Position numbers and translations under genes: made by a program
Source: Diadema antillarum
Taxonomy: Eukaryota
Reading direction: 5' to 3'
Length of the DNA: 64,000 nucleotides
NCBI RefSeq assembly: GCF_040938485.1
Contig: NW_027270973.1
Span: forward strand, 186,001 to 250,000
Shown here: piece by piece, positions 12,503 to 24,698 of the stretch
How the letters are laid out: every line of letters begins with the position of its first letter
Position numbering within the stretch: position 1 is the stretch's first letter
Notes under the pieces: generated by a model
Told to the model about the DNA's origin: nothing
Seen by the model: the letters and a program-made list of their open reading frames with translations, nothing else
The model's database searches: none

Positions 12503-14345
12503 ATATAAATGCTTTATCTCTATAGTGAGTGTCTGCATTTTGGTGTTTTTTTATTCTGTTTTTACTGTTTTTTCTCATACACACACACATACACATATAT
12601 ACATTCCATACTGTACATATATTATATAGACATAGTAAAGTAGTCCACGTGTTGTTACTATGATATCAACAATAGAACAGAACATGCTCTCAAAACCACA
12701 GTTTATTTTGATACAATAAAATTGATAATTGGTATCAAAATAAACTGTTGGTATTGACAGCATAAACTTGAGTTTGGTTNNNNNNNNNNNNNNNNNNNNN
12801 NNNNNNNNNNNNNNNNNNNNNNNNNNNNNNNNNNNNNNNNNNNNNNNNNNNNNNNNNNNNNNNNNNNNNNNNNNNNNNNNNNNNNNNNNNNNNNNNNNNN
12901 NNNNNNNNNNNNNCAGAGAGATCAAAGAAAGCAAATGAAAGTGTTTAGTCTTCTTATGCTTGGAAAGGTCATGAAATACACAAGTTTGTCCTCTACTTGC
13001 TACATTCGAACAAACACCAATCTCCACAAGGAAATGGACAAACATAATTCTTTCTAAATGTTCACAGCCAAGGCAATGTAGAATGTCTATACAAGAATAC
13101 TAGTATGCCGCTATGATATGTCTATGAACAATGGCACGGATCTTTTCCACAAATAAGCTCGTGTCCTTCAGACGGAAATCATTTCCCTGTGGCTAAATCG
13201 GAATGACTCGACGCTTTCTTACAAAACTTGAACAGATATCAAGTCGTTATGACATCATTACAAACAATCACATATTCCGTTAAGTAGAGGCTACACGAAC
13301 ATTTAATAATGATTTTGAATTCATATCACACGCATAATACGTATCATAGAGTTTAAAAGGGTTGCCGTAAGATTTACATCTCATTTGTTGAATTACAGCA
13401 CTACGAAGTGAAGTTGTCATTTCGCCTCCTATTTTCAAGGGTTCATAGTGTGCTCTGGGTGAAGCACGTCTCATTGATTTCATCATGAGGCTATAGTCTT
13501 TCTTCACTTTTATCAACATGCATGTATATTTCCATAATTATGAACCTTTCACTTCCATTTATTAGATATAAAAGTTTTCACTTCCTCTAATTTATATTCT
13601 CTCTCTTACAAAAAAGCAGGTTTATACATACAAGCTTACATACACGATACGTTAATATGATTATATACGTACACAATCAATGCATAATGATATGCTTACA
13701 TACGCACATACCTACACCGATACTTAGGACCTACAGGATTGAATGAACATCAATTTTATAGGAGATGATGACCCATCCTCTCAGTACAGCAAATGACCGT
13801 AACCTGTGTCTAGCACTCTCAGAACAATTTTATTCAACTTGACTGATGGAAAGATAACACAATTGACATACTATGGCCATGATTGACAGGGATACTTTAC
13901 GCCAAAATAATCTTCGGCAAAACTTTGATCTCAACTCTTTGATAGGATAGACCTTTCTTCTGTGTGGGTTGGTCAAACAACGAATTTAATTCTATACGAT
14001 CTGCTCCTAAATTTCTTGCATCTTGTCATGAACAAAGACAAACGCGTGATTAGGGATTAGGACCGTAACAATGATGCGCGCGTTTCGAGTGAGAAGAAAG
14101 CCACGAATGACACAGAACTACGTCCTAATCTGTGCCGTTAGTTAATCTCATTGGCCCTTTAAGTTGACCAATCGGACTTTTCCTGAATGGAAACCAATGG
14201 ACTTCTCATCAATAATTGGTCTTAAGGTGAATCAAATTAATAAAGAAGGGGAAAACGGGCACTTTTGGGTTTTTTTTTCTCATTTGGCTCCACACATCAG
14301 GAGTTTTCACCTTATACTGCATTAAGGCTTTTTTCTCTTCCCAAC

Positions 14346-14474
14346 ATGGCTGACTCATCGCACTCTCCTCTCGATCACACTTCAAAGTTCGCTCCTACCA
14401 AGCGACATCGACGACTTGCTATGTTCAACAGATTGCACTTGATATTCTTAAACTGGGCACCAAATCCGACCTGA
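14346..14474 (+). pseudogene. Type C pmar1-like exon-1 remnant 2
   Basis: MADSSHSPLDHTSKFAPTKRHRRLAMFNRLHL aligns with the MADSSLSLL..PTK..RRRRPTMF start of types A and B, then degenerates; no exon 2. Confidence 0.65.
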
Positions 14475-16731
14475 AATGATATTCATATAATACATAATAT
14501 TTACATGATCATACAGGGCTCGACATCAGCGTTGACCAGGTGGCCAGGGGCCACAGCTGCCAAAAAAGAAGAAGAAAAAATATATATATGATATAAATTT
14601 CAACCACAAATTTCAGCGAGAGAGAAGCAGTCATCTGAAGCTGATTCGATCGGGTATCAAATCGACGGGTTTACCACGAACTGTCCTATCTCAAATAATG
14701 ACGTTTTGAGAAAATCGCTTCTAAACATTGTATCTCTCTTTATGCCTTACTTTTCCAGAAATGGCTTATTGCTTATCTATAAAACGCAGGCCATAAGAGA
14801 GAACAGTACCTAGGGATAGTTTGTGCCAAAGAACATGTCACAGTGCCGACAAAGTTTCTAGCAAGAAACTTGTAAACTTACATATTAGTTTACGGTTTCA
14901 TAGAAAAGCAGTATTGAGCCGTATTTATGCGCAGATTCTTTGCACGATCTGTCCTATCTTGCGCGCACTGCAGTAGCGAGTCTTCGAACTTTACCACGAT
15001 GTGACCTATGTCGAAATCAGCGGAGAATCGAGTGTCGATGCTTTACCACGAACTGTCCCATGTTCACGGACCGTATAATATGCATGGGGCGGAACCAGAG
15101 ATGCATTTTTTTATTTGTAATCTTGATGCCCCACTTGACCATTATAACTTAGGATATGGACTCGCACTTTTTAAATACAAATATAATCAAATAGGCCAAT
15201 ATACCAACCAGGTTCTCACGGTTTGTGATAGGCCTCTATTGGAGGGAAAATTCGTAGTTAGCAATGATTTTTCATCTACGTTAACTACACTGTTCATGCT
15301 GATTGTTTCTTTCACCGTATTAAAGGAATCTTGAAGGAAGGGGTGGGAGGCTTCTCAACTTGTCCTTTCAAACATATTTTATAATAATGTCCTTATCGAG
15401 TAGTAGTCAACTAAGCAATGCTTGTAGCATTTTCTGTAATAAATTTCACTGAATACCAACCTTCAGAAATTTAACGACCCTTAACCAAAAACTTGGATAA
15501 TCATGAATAAACACACATGCGGGCACAACCGCACANNNNNNNNNNNNNNNNNNNNNNNNNNNNNNNNNNNNNNNNNNNNNNNNNNNNNNNNNNNNNNNNN
15601 NNNNNNNNNNNNNNNNNNNNNNNNNNNNNNNNNNNNNNNNNNNNNNNNNNNNNNNNNNNNNNNNNNNNNNNNNNNNNNNNNNNNNNNNNNNNNNNNNNNN
15701 NNNTACACAATAACATCTAGATAGCAAACAACATGCATACAAGCAACGCACATACAGACACAACGCACAAAGTGCATAAAGTGCACGACGAAAAATATTA
15801 AATGGGAAAGAAAAATCCCCCCTAACCAAAATACGCATACAAACATCTTTAATCTTGCATAGAGAGATGTACAGAGAGACAGAGAATGACACATAATTTG
15901 AAGCACAACTTTTTTTATGTGTTTACTGACTCACACAACATTTTATTGTAATTAGTCAATAACGTCATCAAACAAAATAATTACCATGCATTAAACGTGA
16001 AATGAGAAAATAATTGCAGATTATGAAATGGGAAACTTTTACAACAGAATTCATATCTAACGAACTGTATGTTCTTTAAAACAATAATATTTCGATTCCT
16101 GTTTAAGTTGCATTGTCGTAGAGAATCACATAACATGGCATGAACAGTTAGTGTAAAAGCATTGACAAAAGAGGGTATTATTAAATTGTTGCACTGCAAG
16201 ACTGTCATTATCTTTTTATCAAGAAACAGGTTTATCATTATCGAAATTCGACAGTATATTCAATTTCCCCCTTTTAATGTGATCCCATTGAAATACTAGT
16301 TAAACATTAGTGAACAGAAGTTGCGGTTACGCTGTCAGCAAAACATTGAAACCATGAAGTCCTGCAATGCAATGAAATGAAATAACTGCATGCAGTGCAT
16401 GTTCTGGTGATAACACATTTACATTTCCAGCTTAAGATAAAAACTACAAATCCTCACCGAAGGGATCATAATTCAGCAGTCAATAATGGTGTACAAGTCA
16501 GACATGTTGATCTCCTAGGCTGTAATATTTAGGCTATCAAACATACATGTATGAAAAACACTTTGCAACTGCGCCTACTGAAGCATCGTTAGAAATCACT
16601 AATGTGCAAAGCTTTATTTTTCTCAAATGAAAAACGATATTGCATGGTTTACTCTAAGTGTGAATGCATGATAAACAAGGCCATATTACCATTGGCCTTA
16701 AAAATTTATGTATCAACCTGAAGTATATGGT

Positions 16732-17256
16732 TTACACAGTAGCTGCAAAATTGCTGAACAATAACAAGCTCCTAAATTCTTCATGTCCCAAATACGTTGC
16801 TTTTCCTAAGGTATTGAGGAATAATCTTTTGCACGCTTTTAGCTTACTGCCCGCTAGAGGTAGAAGATAATGAATAGCGCGTTTCTTCCTTAGCGCCATG
16901 TCATTTACTTTTGTTTCCGTGTGATTAGCGATCCATTGCCTTTCCTTCCCAAGTCCTCGAGGTCGAGGTACGTCTTCCGGATTTCTTCAGTTTGCTGTGC
17001 TGAATTTATGACAACCATGACTGACACGTCGACATGAAGTGGATAAACAGATTTATCGGAATGAACTTTCTCGTACGGATTAGCCTGTTTGTCTTTTCAA
17101 TGTGGTGCTTTAGTGCAACATTTCTTTTCTCTTGACAACTTTATACCGAGTTCCTGGGCGTATTCTCTTTACATACAAGCGGCTACCCCTTCCATCCTCT
17201 GGATACCTTCTACATCAAAATCTTCGGGATGAATCGAACTTCGTGCAGAAATCTGG
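16732..17256 (-). pseudogene. Frameshifted Sola1-like transposase N-terminal fragment
   Basis: Open frame 16980-16741 reads KERQWIANHTETKVNDMALRKKRAIHYLLPLAGSKLKACKRLFLNTLG, like the VCKxFFLxTLG motif I recall from Sola1 transposases; upstream frames give CRRVSHGCHKF and EEIRKTY. Confidence 0.6.
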
Positions 17257-17509
17257 TAGGCCTACGGTCTACGCTACGTAGCTGCTCCTACTGTTATCAA
17301 AGATCAGTCATGGACGGCTTTACACTTCACCGCAGATCAATTCCAAGGAATGCAGGTGGTTTTTAGTTTATAATAAGACTAGACTAGGTCTGAGGACAAT
17401 GATCTTCAAATATTTGGAAAGAAAATCCATGAATTCGTCCCCCCCCCTCCTGTTTCGGCCCTCCTTTCCAGTCCCCACTCCAGCACCCTGCAGTCCGTGG
17501 CTAGACTAG

Positions 17510-18780
17510 CTAGTCGTCGAGAGTGTCACTGTGTCGCCTCCGCCCCGATTCCGTAGTTCTTTGAAGTGCAGCTAAAGTGATGTCATCCTCTAGATCCAAC
17601 ATTTCTGCCATCTCCATTGTTGTTTGTTGAACTTGATTTTTGATCTGTATTTGAAAACGAAGAACGATCCCAGTGCTAATATGAATACTCCAAATCAATG
17701 CATCAACAGATTTTTAACATCGTCATCATTGATCCATTCATTTCAGGTTCTTTCCTTCAACCTAACTCTTTGTCATAAAGGGGAATTTACTTTATTCATG
17801 TAAGCCATTTTCTATAGCGCCCCTATTTCTCCTACTTTTTCCTTTCTCTTGTTCCACAACTATAGTTTTCTTATACATGTACACGTTATTTATTCTCTAC
17901 TTTAAAAAGAAATAAAATGTACAATTGTGTTGTGTCAAGTTATACATAGGTGAAAAATATGAAATACCTGCTGTTTTTTGTTCTCTGCACCGATTCCGTA
18001 GTTCTTTGAAGTGCAGCTAAAGGGATGTCATCCTCTGGATCCAACATTTCTGCCATCTCCAGTGGTGAACTTGATTTTTGGTCTTCATCTGAAAACGAAC
18101 AGTTTTTCAAGGTTAATGCCAATACTCACATTGTGACGATTTTGAACATCAACATCATTGACCCATTCATTCAATGATCTGTCCTTCAATTCAATTTTTT
18201 TTTTCTCATACTCAATGAACTTGATTTGTTGCTCTTTATCTAAAAATGAAGAACCTTCCAGAGTCAATATCAATACTCACAATTAATGTAGTGACAGATT
18301 TTGAACATCACCGCCATTGAAACATTCATATAATGTTATTTCCTTCAACCTAACTCTGTTATAATTGAATTTACATTATTCAAGTAAGTCTATTATCTAT
18401 ACTGCCCCTATTTCTCCTATTTTTTTTCTCTTGTTTCCCTTACAAAGTTTTCTCATACGCAATATTTATTCTCTACTTTAAAAACAAATAACGTGTAAAT
18501 TGTGTTGTGTCAAGTTATAAATAGGTGAAAATACAAAATACCTGCTTTTTTTGTCATCTGCCCCCGATTTCGTAGTTCTTTGAAGTGCAACTAAAGGGAT
18601 GTCATCCTCTGGGTCCAACATTTCTGCCATCTCCAGTGGTGAACTTGATTTTTGGTCTTCATCTGAAAACAAACAGTTTTTCAAGGTTAATGCCAATACT
18701 CACATTGTGACGATTTTGAACATCAACATCATTGACCCATTCATTCAATGATCTGTCCTTCAATTCATTTTTTTTCTAAT
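17510..18780 (-). repeat. About 540-bp tandem duplication inside the transposon (two near-full copies plus a partial)
   Basis: MAEMLDPEDDIPLAALQRTT-like segment occurs in ORFs at 17510, 17940 and 18478, with shared flanking sequence. Confidence 0.85.
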
Positions 18781-19399
18781 ACTTATATTCATATGATTGA
18801 AAATTCATATCAACTCAAATACTTGCATTTTTAATTTTATAATTTTGTCATGTATATAAGCAAATCCCAAGGGATAAATTCTCAAGAAATAAATGTTCGC
18901 AGATTCTGTATTAAAGCCGACGTTTCACCAGCAGTTATTCGACTTCTATGTATGTATTGAATGCCAATCCACCAAACACGTACACAAAAGACAAGAAAAT
19001 CAGAAATAAAGGAACGTGAAAAAATTGAAGGAAAGGTACATGCCAAATTTTGTAAGCATTGCTATTAATAGATTCCTTAATATTCCACTTACCACAATTA
19101 TTATTCATCTTACTATAATTACCACAATTTTGTTTTACATAGTAGAGGCTGATTCATGCAAATTACTCGTTTCATTTTGCTGAACTTGAAAATACCATAT
19201 ATACGGTGCATTATACAGTATCCCCCCCCCAAAAAAAAAAAAAAGAAAAAAAAAAAAGATCGGATTTTCGCACTGATAACCCCCAATATGATTAAACCAT
19301 CTACATGCTACTTCAGGTTTTACAGTACCATGGGATAACATTTTAACTCCATTTTGCAGAAAACCCCATTTAATTTTTAAGTAGAAAATAGACCCATCT

Positions 19400-21060
19400 A
19401 TTTAGTTGTACATATGATCTGCCAGACTAGTGATAGAGATCTAGTAGAGGTAGAGCTACATAAAGCCTTGTTAGACATCAGTCAGATAATTCAATAGACT
19501 CTGACGTTTGACACTACGCCTAGATAGGGTCTATTCTAGAATCATTATATCAGCAGTAACTGTTAGACTTGAGTTCCAACTTCTATGTCTAACTCGGTTA
19601 AGTGACGTTGTCTGGAGCAGTCCAGTCGTCCTACGAGTACGGGGAAACCGAAACAGAAACAGATTAATATCTATCTATGTTAGGCATAATCGATCTAGGC
19701 CAAGGGCTAGCCCAAATCCAGATAAGGGTCTAACAAAAACAAATGAGATTAAACTTTAGTTTGAAGCACCTCCTTTTGCAGCGCCAGCAGGGCCTAGTCT
19801 TGATAGACACTGAGTCTAGATGAAGAGAGATCTAGACCACAGTTTGGTCAAGTTGACTTTTATAGGCTCGAGTCTAACATTAACGTTAGTTCATGTAGAT
19901 CCCACTTAGCAGCTAGGCCCTAACGTTAGACTGTACAGTTGTATTCAAGTTTGATGTGTAACGTTAAATATACATAGACATACTACAATCTGGATTTTTT
20001 TTCTAATACTAGTACTATAATAGGGAAGTACCGGTACGGCGGTAGAACATTAGGCCTAACGTTTGTACTAGAATGTCTATAAATTATACGCCCTAACTGT
20101 TAGTTTTATAACGCTAAGATAATTGGTCTATATTACTTGTTCTAGACTCTAATAACAGGTCAGATCCTGTGTCCCTATTTAACGTTACAGCACTAGCGTA
20201 AGCAAGGTTAGTGATATACAGGGCTGCCACCTCTCACTCATTGAGAGTGAGATTCACTATGACTCATTTGGGTCCTTTCTCACTTCTAAAACTTTATTTC
20301 ATTTGCATGCATTTGTTATTGATCTCACTCATTTTGACTCCTAAATTATAGCATTGGCCTGGAGTCTCACTCTCAACTAGTTTCCAATGTTTGCAGCCCT
20401 GGATATAGAAACTGTTGAGTTCTACTAGAAACTCTACACTAACGTTAGTAATGGTTAGGCCTAGATCTAAAAGGCTTGGCTTACTAAGTATCTAACTGGA
20501 CGTTAGCTAGATTCTAGACACAAGTTGTCTAACGTTTAAGACCAAAGAGATCGTTTAACAACTGAGTTAGGGTCCAACTGAGATCTTCAAGTTCTAACGT
20601 TAACATTTTAGGCCTAACAGTAGTAACATTGTTACTCCCGTAACGTTAGAACTGACCAGTTAATTTAATGTTAGTGTCAGTAGCCTACCTCTATTATTAC
20701 GGTTTACTGCTCGTTAGTACTGTAGGGTCTAGAAACTGAACTAGTTAGACTGTCTAACGTTATCAGTGTTAACTTACAATGTAAATACTAACTTACCATA
20801 GTATTACCCTATTGTAGTATTAACGTCGTAACGTTCGAACTAACCTGTATGAGTAACATTAATGTTACTGTTAGAACTAATCAGATAATATGGGCTCTTT
20901 TTACAATTCTGACATGTTAAGAACAACTCGGATTTTTTTTTTTCTGACGTTAGGCCTAACCAAGTTAGATGATATCAATCACCCCAAACCATCATCGACA
21001 ACGTTAACGTTACAGCGACTAGGTATTAACGGTCTGGCTTAGAAGTTAAGGTTTAATACA
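19400..21060. other. Domain enriched in short palindromic words (TAACGTTA, TAGGCCTA, CTAG)
   Basis: Nine exact TAACGTTA between 19881 and 21012; four TAGGCCTA (20051, 20455, 20609, 20951). Confidence 0.8.
20219..20401. mobile_element. Small MITE nested in the Sola-like element
   Basis: CAGGGCTGC...GCAGCCCTG termini with GATATA repeated on both sides. Confidence 0.55.
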
Positions 21061-23359
21061 CTAGGGGTTACACTACAGTTAGCCCCGGAGACCCGCCGCT
21101 CTGCGGCGGGGTCCTGGCGGCTACCCCGCAGTTTCGTTCAAGTGAGAATCACGAACAACTCCCTATTGCCACATATACGGCAACTTCACAAATAAACCAT
21201 GGCTAAATGTCCATCATAAACACAGTGACAATATAAAATGAAATATACACTACCCCATTGCCTTGGTCCTTCTCACCAATTTATCTGGAAACTGCATAAT
21301 TTTCCACATTTTTTAGGAGTAGGCGGTCTGCCCTAGTGGAGAGCTTTGCTGCTATTTTGAATGTGTATATCCATCAGTACTCATCTACGCATGCGTAAAC
21401 AATGACGTCAACGTTACGGACGCAAAAGGATATGAATAATGCATCATCGCACGGTGAATATGCATCATGTAGCGAGTAATACAGCTGTCAATGCACTGCA
21501 CTGAATGCATTGTGTGCGCATGTGCAAGTGAATGTGAGTTTTAGTGAGCATCGGTGAGCTGAAGATATTTGCCTTATAAGACAGCATTTTCTGCATCATA
21601 AGCAATGAAATGCATCAAACATTCGCCGATGTGAATCATTTAGGTTTAGTCGACCCATGTAAGTATTCCCAGTAGTTTTTGTTGAAAAATTAAGGAAATA
21701 CAGCGCCGGAACGGCACCCGTTTGGTACAACATTAAAATATCGATGCCAAAACGGCGCAGCCCCAACACTGTACGTTGTACGTTGGGGCTGCTGGTCGCA
21801 GTTACACTACAGTGACACTGTAACGTTAGTCTTGACGCACTAACTCAAAACATTTTACTGTTTGTTATTTTATAAGCTTTTCATGAATTCATGAATTGTC
21901 TTCACAAATATCTAACGATTCTTGTCCTTATACCCAGAGTAGTCTTATAAAAAATAGAAATTCACCTGTAATCCTTGGAACTGATTTCCGGTGAGAGGAA
22001 AGCCGTCCATGACTGATCTTTGATGACAGTACAACTACTAACACCAAGGAGCGCGTATTGATTTATCCCCAACTAGTATACAGCACGTAGGCGCTAGGCG
22101 CAGGCCCGCAGATTTCTGCACGCACACGCACGAAAGCCCGAATTTGTACATGCGCACGTACCTGCACGTAAGTTCTTGCGCACGGGCCGGCACGCGGGGA
22201 CGTGGCGTCCGCGGCGGGTGCAATTCGCAACCGCGTCAAGTTTTACCACAAAGTGACCTATCTGACATAGGACGATTCGTGGTAAAGGATTTGTTACATT
22301 TCTCATCAGAGGGTTTGAGATAGACCACCCTATATTTGTAAAAAATGCGTTTTTTGCTTAGAAACTTTAACACGACAAAGAGAAGAGTCTATATGTAACA
22401 ATTATGCAAAAAACTCAAATTCCCCAAAAATTGAGATAGGACAGATCGTGGTAAACCCGTCGAAATATAGCTAAAATGTAACAGAAATTTTGATGTTTCC
22501 TTTTTATTCGGGTTACTCAGTACCAACATTTCAATAAGCCAGTTCGGGGTTAGCTCATGGGCACATGGGTACAAATGACCTTTCTTCTTTCTCAATGGAT
22601 TAGGCACTCCATTAGTTTTCAAGCGACAGAAGGTATATAAACCTTGCCTGAAGCAACGATTAGTCTCGTTAGTCTCGCACCCTGCATAATATATGCATGA
22701 TGCAGATTTACAAGAGACGAGTAGTGAAGAAGATGCTAGTTTGACACATTTTATAGCTGGAGGGTCTTATTCTCCGTCCTTTCATCAAGTTAAACCTGTC
22801 TTAAAAGGAACAAAACAAAACAAAACACACAGAAACAAACAAACAAAAAACACAGAAGTACATTGAATGAATCGGACAGGAGTTAAATGATATATGACAA
22901 TTCAACGTTTCTCGTCTATTTTTTTCAAGGGAAAAAGAGTCGATAACATCACTACATTATACAAATTTTCAATTATCAGTGCTACATGATTTACTGAGAA
23001 TATTTAGACTTCAAATCTGTTCATTTCCTCTAATTTTTGCTTTTTAAAGGTGACGGTGTTCAAACTAAAGCAAAAAGCAACATGACACTGAATCAAATCA
23101 CACTCGGTACTAATTCAGAAACCATACCGAGATAGTATCCAGGATCTGCAAATAGAACCAGGTTCTGCAATATAATCGACTGTACCACAACGCAGGGATT
23201 AGTCTATTGTTTCTCTACTCTTTTTGTTCCTTGTCGATCTTAGGAAGTTGGTACAAGAGTATTGTTTGGTTTGCCGGCAGCGGACCGACAATCAGACCAC
23301 TAATGAACGAAGGAAAAGTGACAGCTCTCTTGTTATTTGCGACATTAGCGTACTCGCAC

Positions 23360-23460
23360 TCCTCTTTGAATAACTGAAGTCAGTGGTCATTCACGAAACT
23401 GTAACTTCACCTCATTCGCTAATCCTGTTATGCCTATTGGTCGGTTTATTGGACCAATCA
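23360..23460 (+). promoter_or_regulatory. Type A proximal module, copy A2
   Basis: CTTTGAA 23364, TAATCC 23420, ATTGG 23436, CCAAT 23454; the upstream GGATTA is lost through a small deletion. Confidence 0.55.
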
Positions 23461-23653
23461 AACAACTTTGCTTGTTAAGGGCTTGTGAAAGTGGTAGCGT
23501 GGCCTCTCCTATTCATAGCCCACTTAATCACTGCAAGGGTACCAGCTACTTTGGTACTATCACCACACCTCATTCAGATTTTCTTGAAGTTAAGTCGCAC
23601 CTCTGAGGTTTTTCCTACAAACCGGCATCTTTGCAAAACCAATTCAATTCAGT

Positions 23654-24698
23654 ATGGCTGATTCATCGCTCTCGATTCTCTCTCAAGTCTCGACGTCTGT
23701 TCCTACCAAAGGCCTTCGTCGTCGACGTCCGACCGTGTTCACAGAATGGCAGCTCGAGAGGATGAAGGTTGAATTCGACATCGACCGATATCCCGACATC
23801 GTTTCTAGAGAGAAACTGGCTGCCTCACTCGGCCTCGATGAAGACAGAATACAAGTATGTCAGAGCAAAGATGTATAAAATAGATGATGAAGTAAAGTTG
23901 ATTATATCTTTTAATGCTGTTTTAACATTACTGAATGTAGATTGATGGTTCAAATTACAGCTATCACTTCATTGACTGCTATTACAATGGAATACCTGAT
24001 ATAAATCAAAATTTGGGACTCAAACACTCCAATAACAGCAGCGAGAATATGAATGGCCGAGGTTAAGAAGCACGTCCTTTTATATGTTCTCCTCGACATT
24101 TGATGACTTTTTTTTTCTGGCAGTAGTATGTTACGTTTCATGTTAAAAAAATGTTTATGCATGGAGCAAAATGCTAACGTCAGATTTGTTCTTTGTTTAT
24201 CTTCAGGTCTGGTTCCAGAATCGCCGTTCACGCCTTTGTCGAGCTTCACTCAACTCCCTCTCTGCTCGACCAGACGTCAGCTACAACCAGATCGACAGGC
24301 CAACCGACATCAAGGGAACAGAGTCTTCATCCACAAGAAAGCGTAAGCGATCAACGGAATGCGACGTCATCGACCAGGAGAACACACCGCCGCCCAAGAA
24401 GCTCGCCATCAACGACTCACCGATGTCAATCGATTTCCTGTCTCGTAGCAGCCGATCACCGGATTCCTGGTCGACTTTCCGTATTAGCGACGAACGTGAC
24501 ATCCTGAGTTTACAGCAGACGACATCTCATCGAAAGCGGCAGGGCGCCACCAATCCCTTGATGTCTGTAGACTTCCTCTCCCGAAGCAGCCGACCGACTT
24601 CTTCGTATCCATCGCCATACCGTGAAGGGAGTCTCTACCACAGCCCGTCGCCATTCTACATGGTTGGTCATCCGTATGTCTTCGTTGTACCGCACTGA
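23654..24698 (+). CDS. pmar1: pmar1/micro1-family homeobox, copy A2 (exons 23654-23854 and 24207-24698; 230 aa)
   Basis: Intact spliced ORF with GT-AG intron; homeodomain has L16M, A18V and R57C relative to A1; motifs MSIDFLSRSSR and MSVDFLSRSSR. Confidence 0.8.

Larger units (their letters stand above)
14663..22462 (-). mobile_element. 7.8 kb Sola1-like DNA transposon (degenerate)
   Basis: 32-bp TIRs CGACGGGTTTACCACGA(A/T)CTGTCCTATCTCAA (31/32 identical); AAAT duplicated on both sides (AWWT-type TSD); subterminal repeats of the TIR motif; internal transposase-like remnant. Confidence 0.75.
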
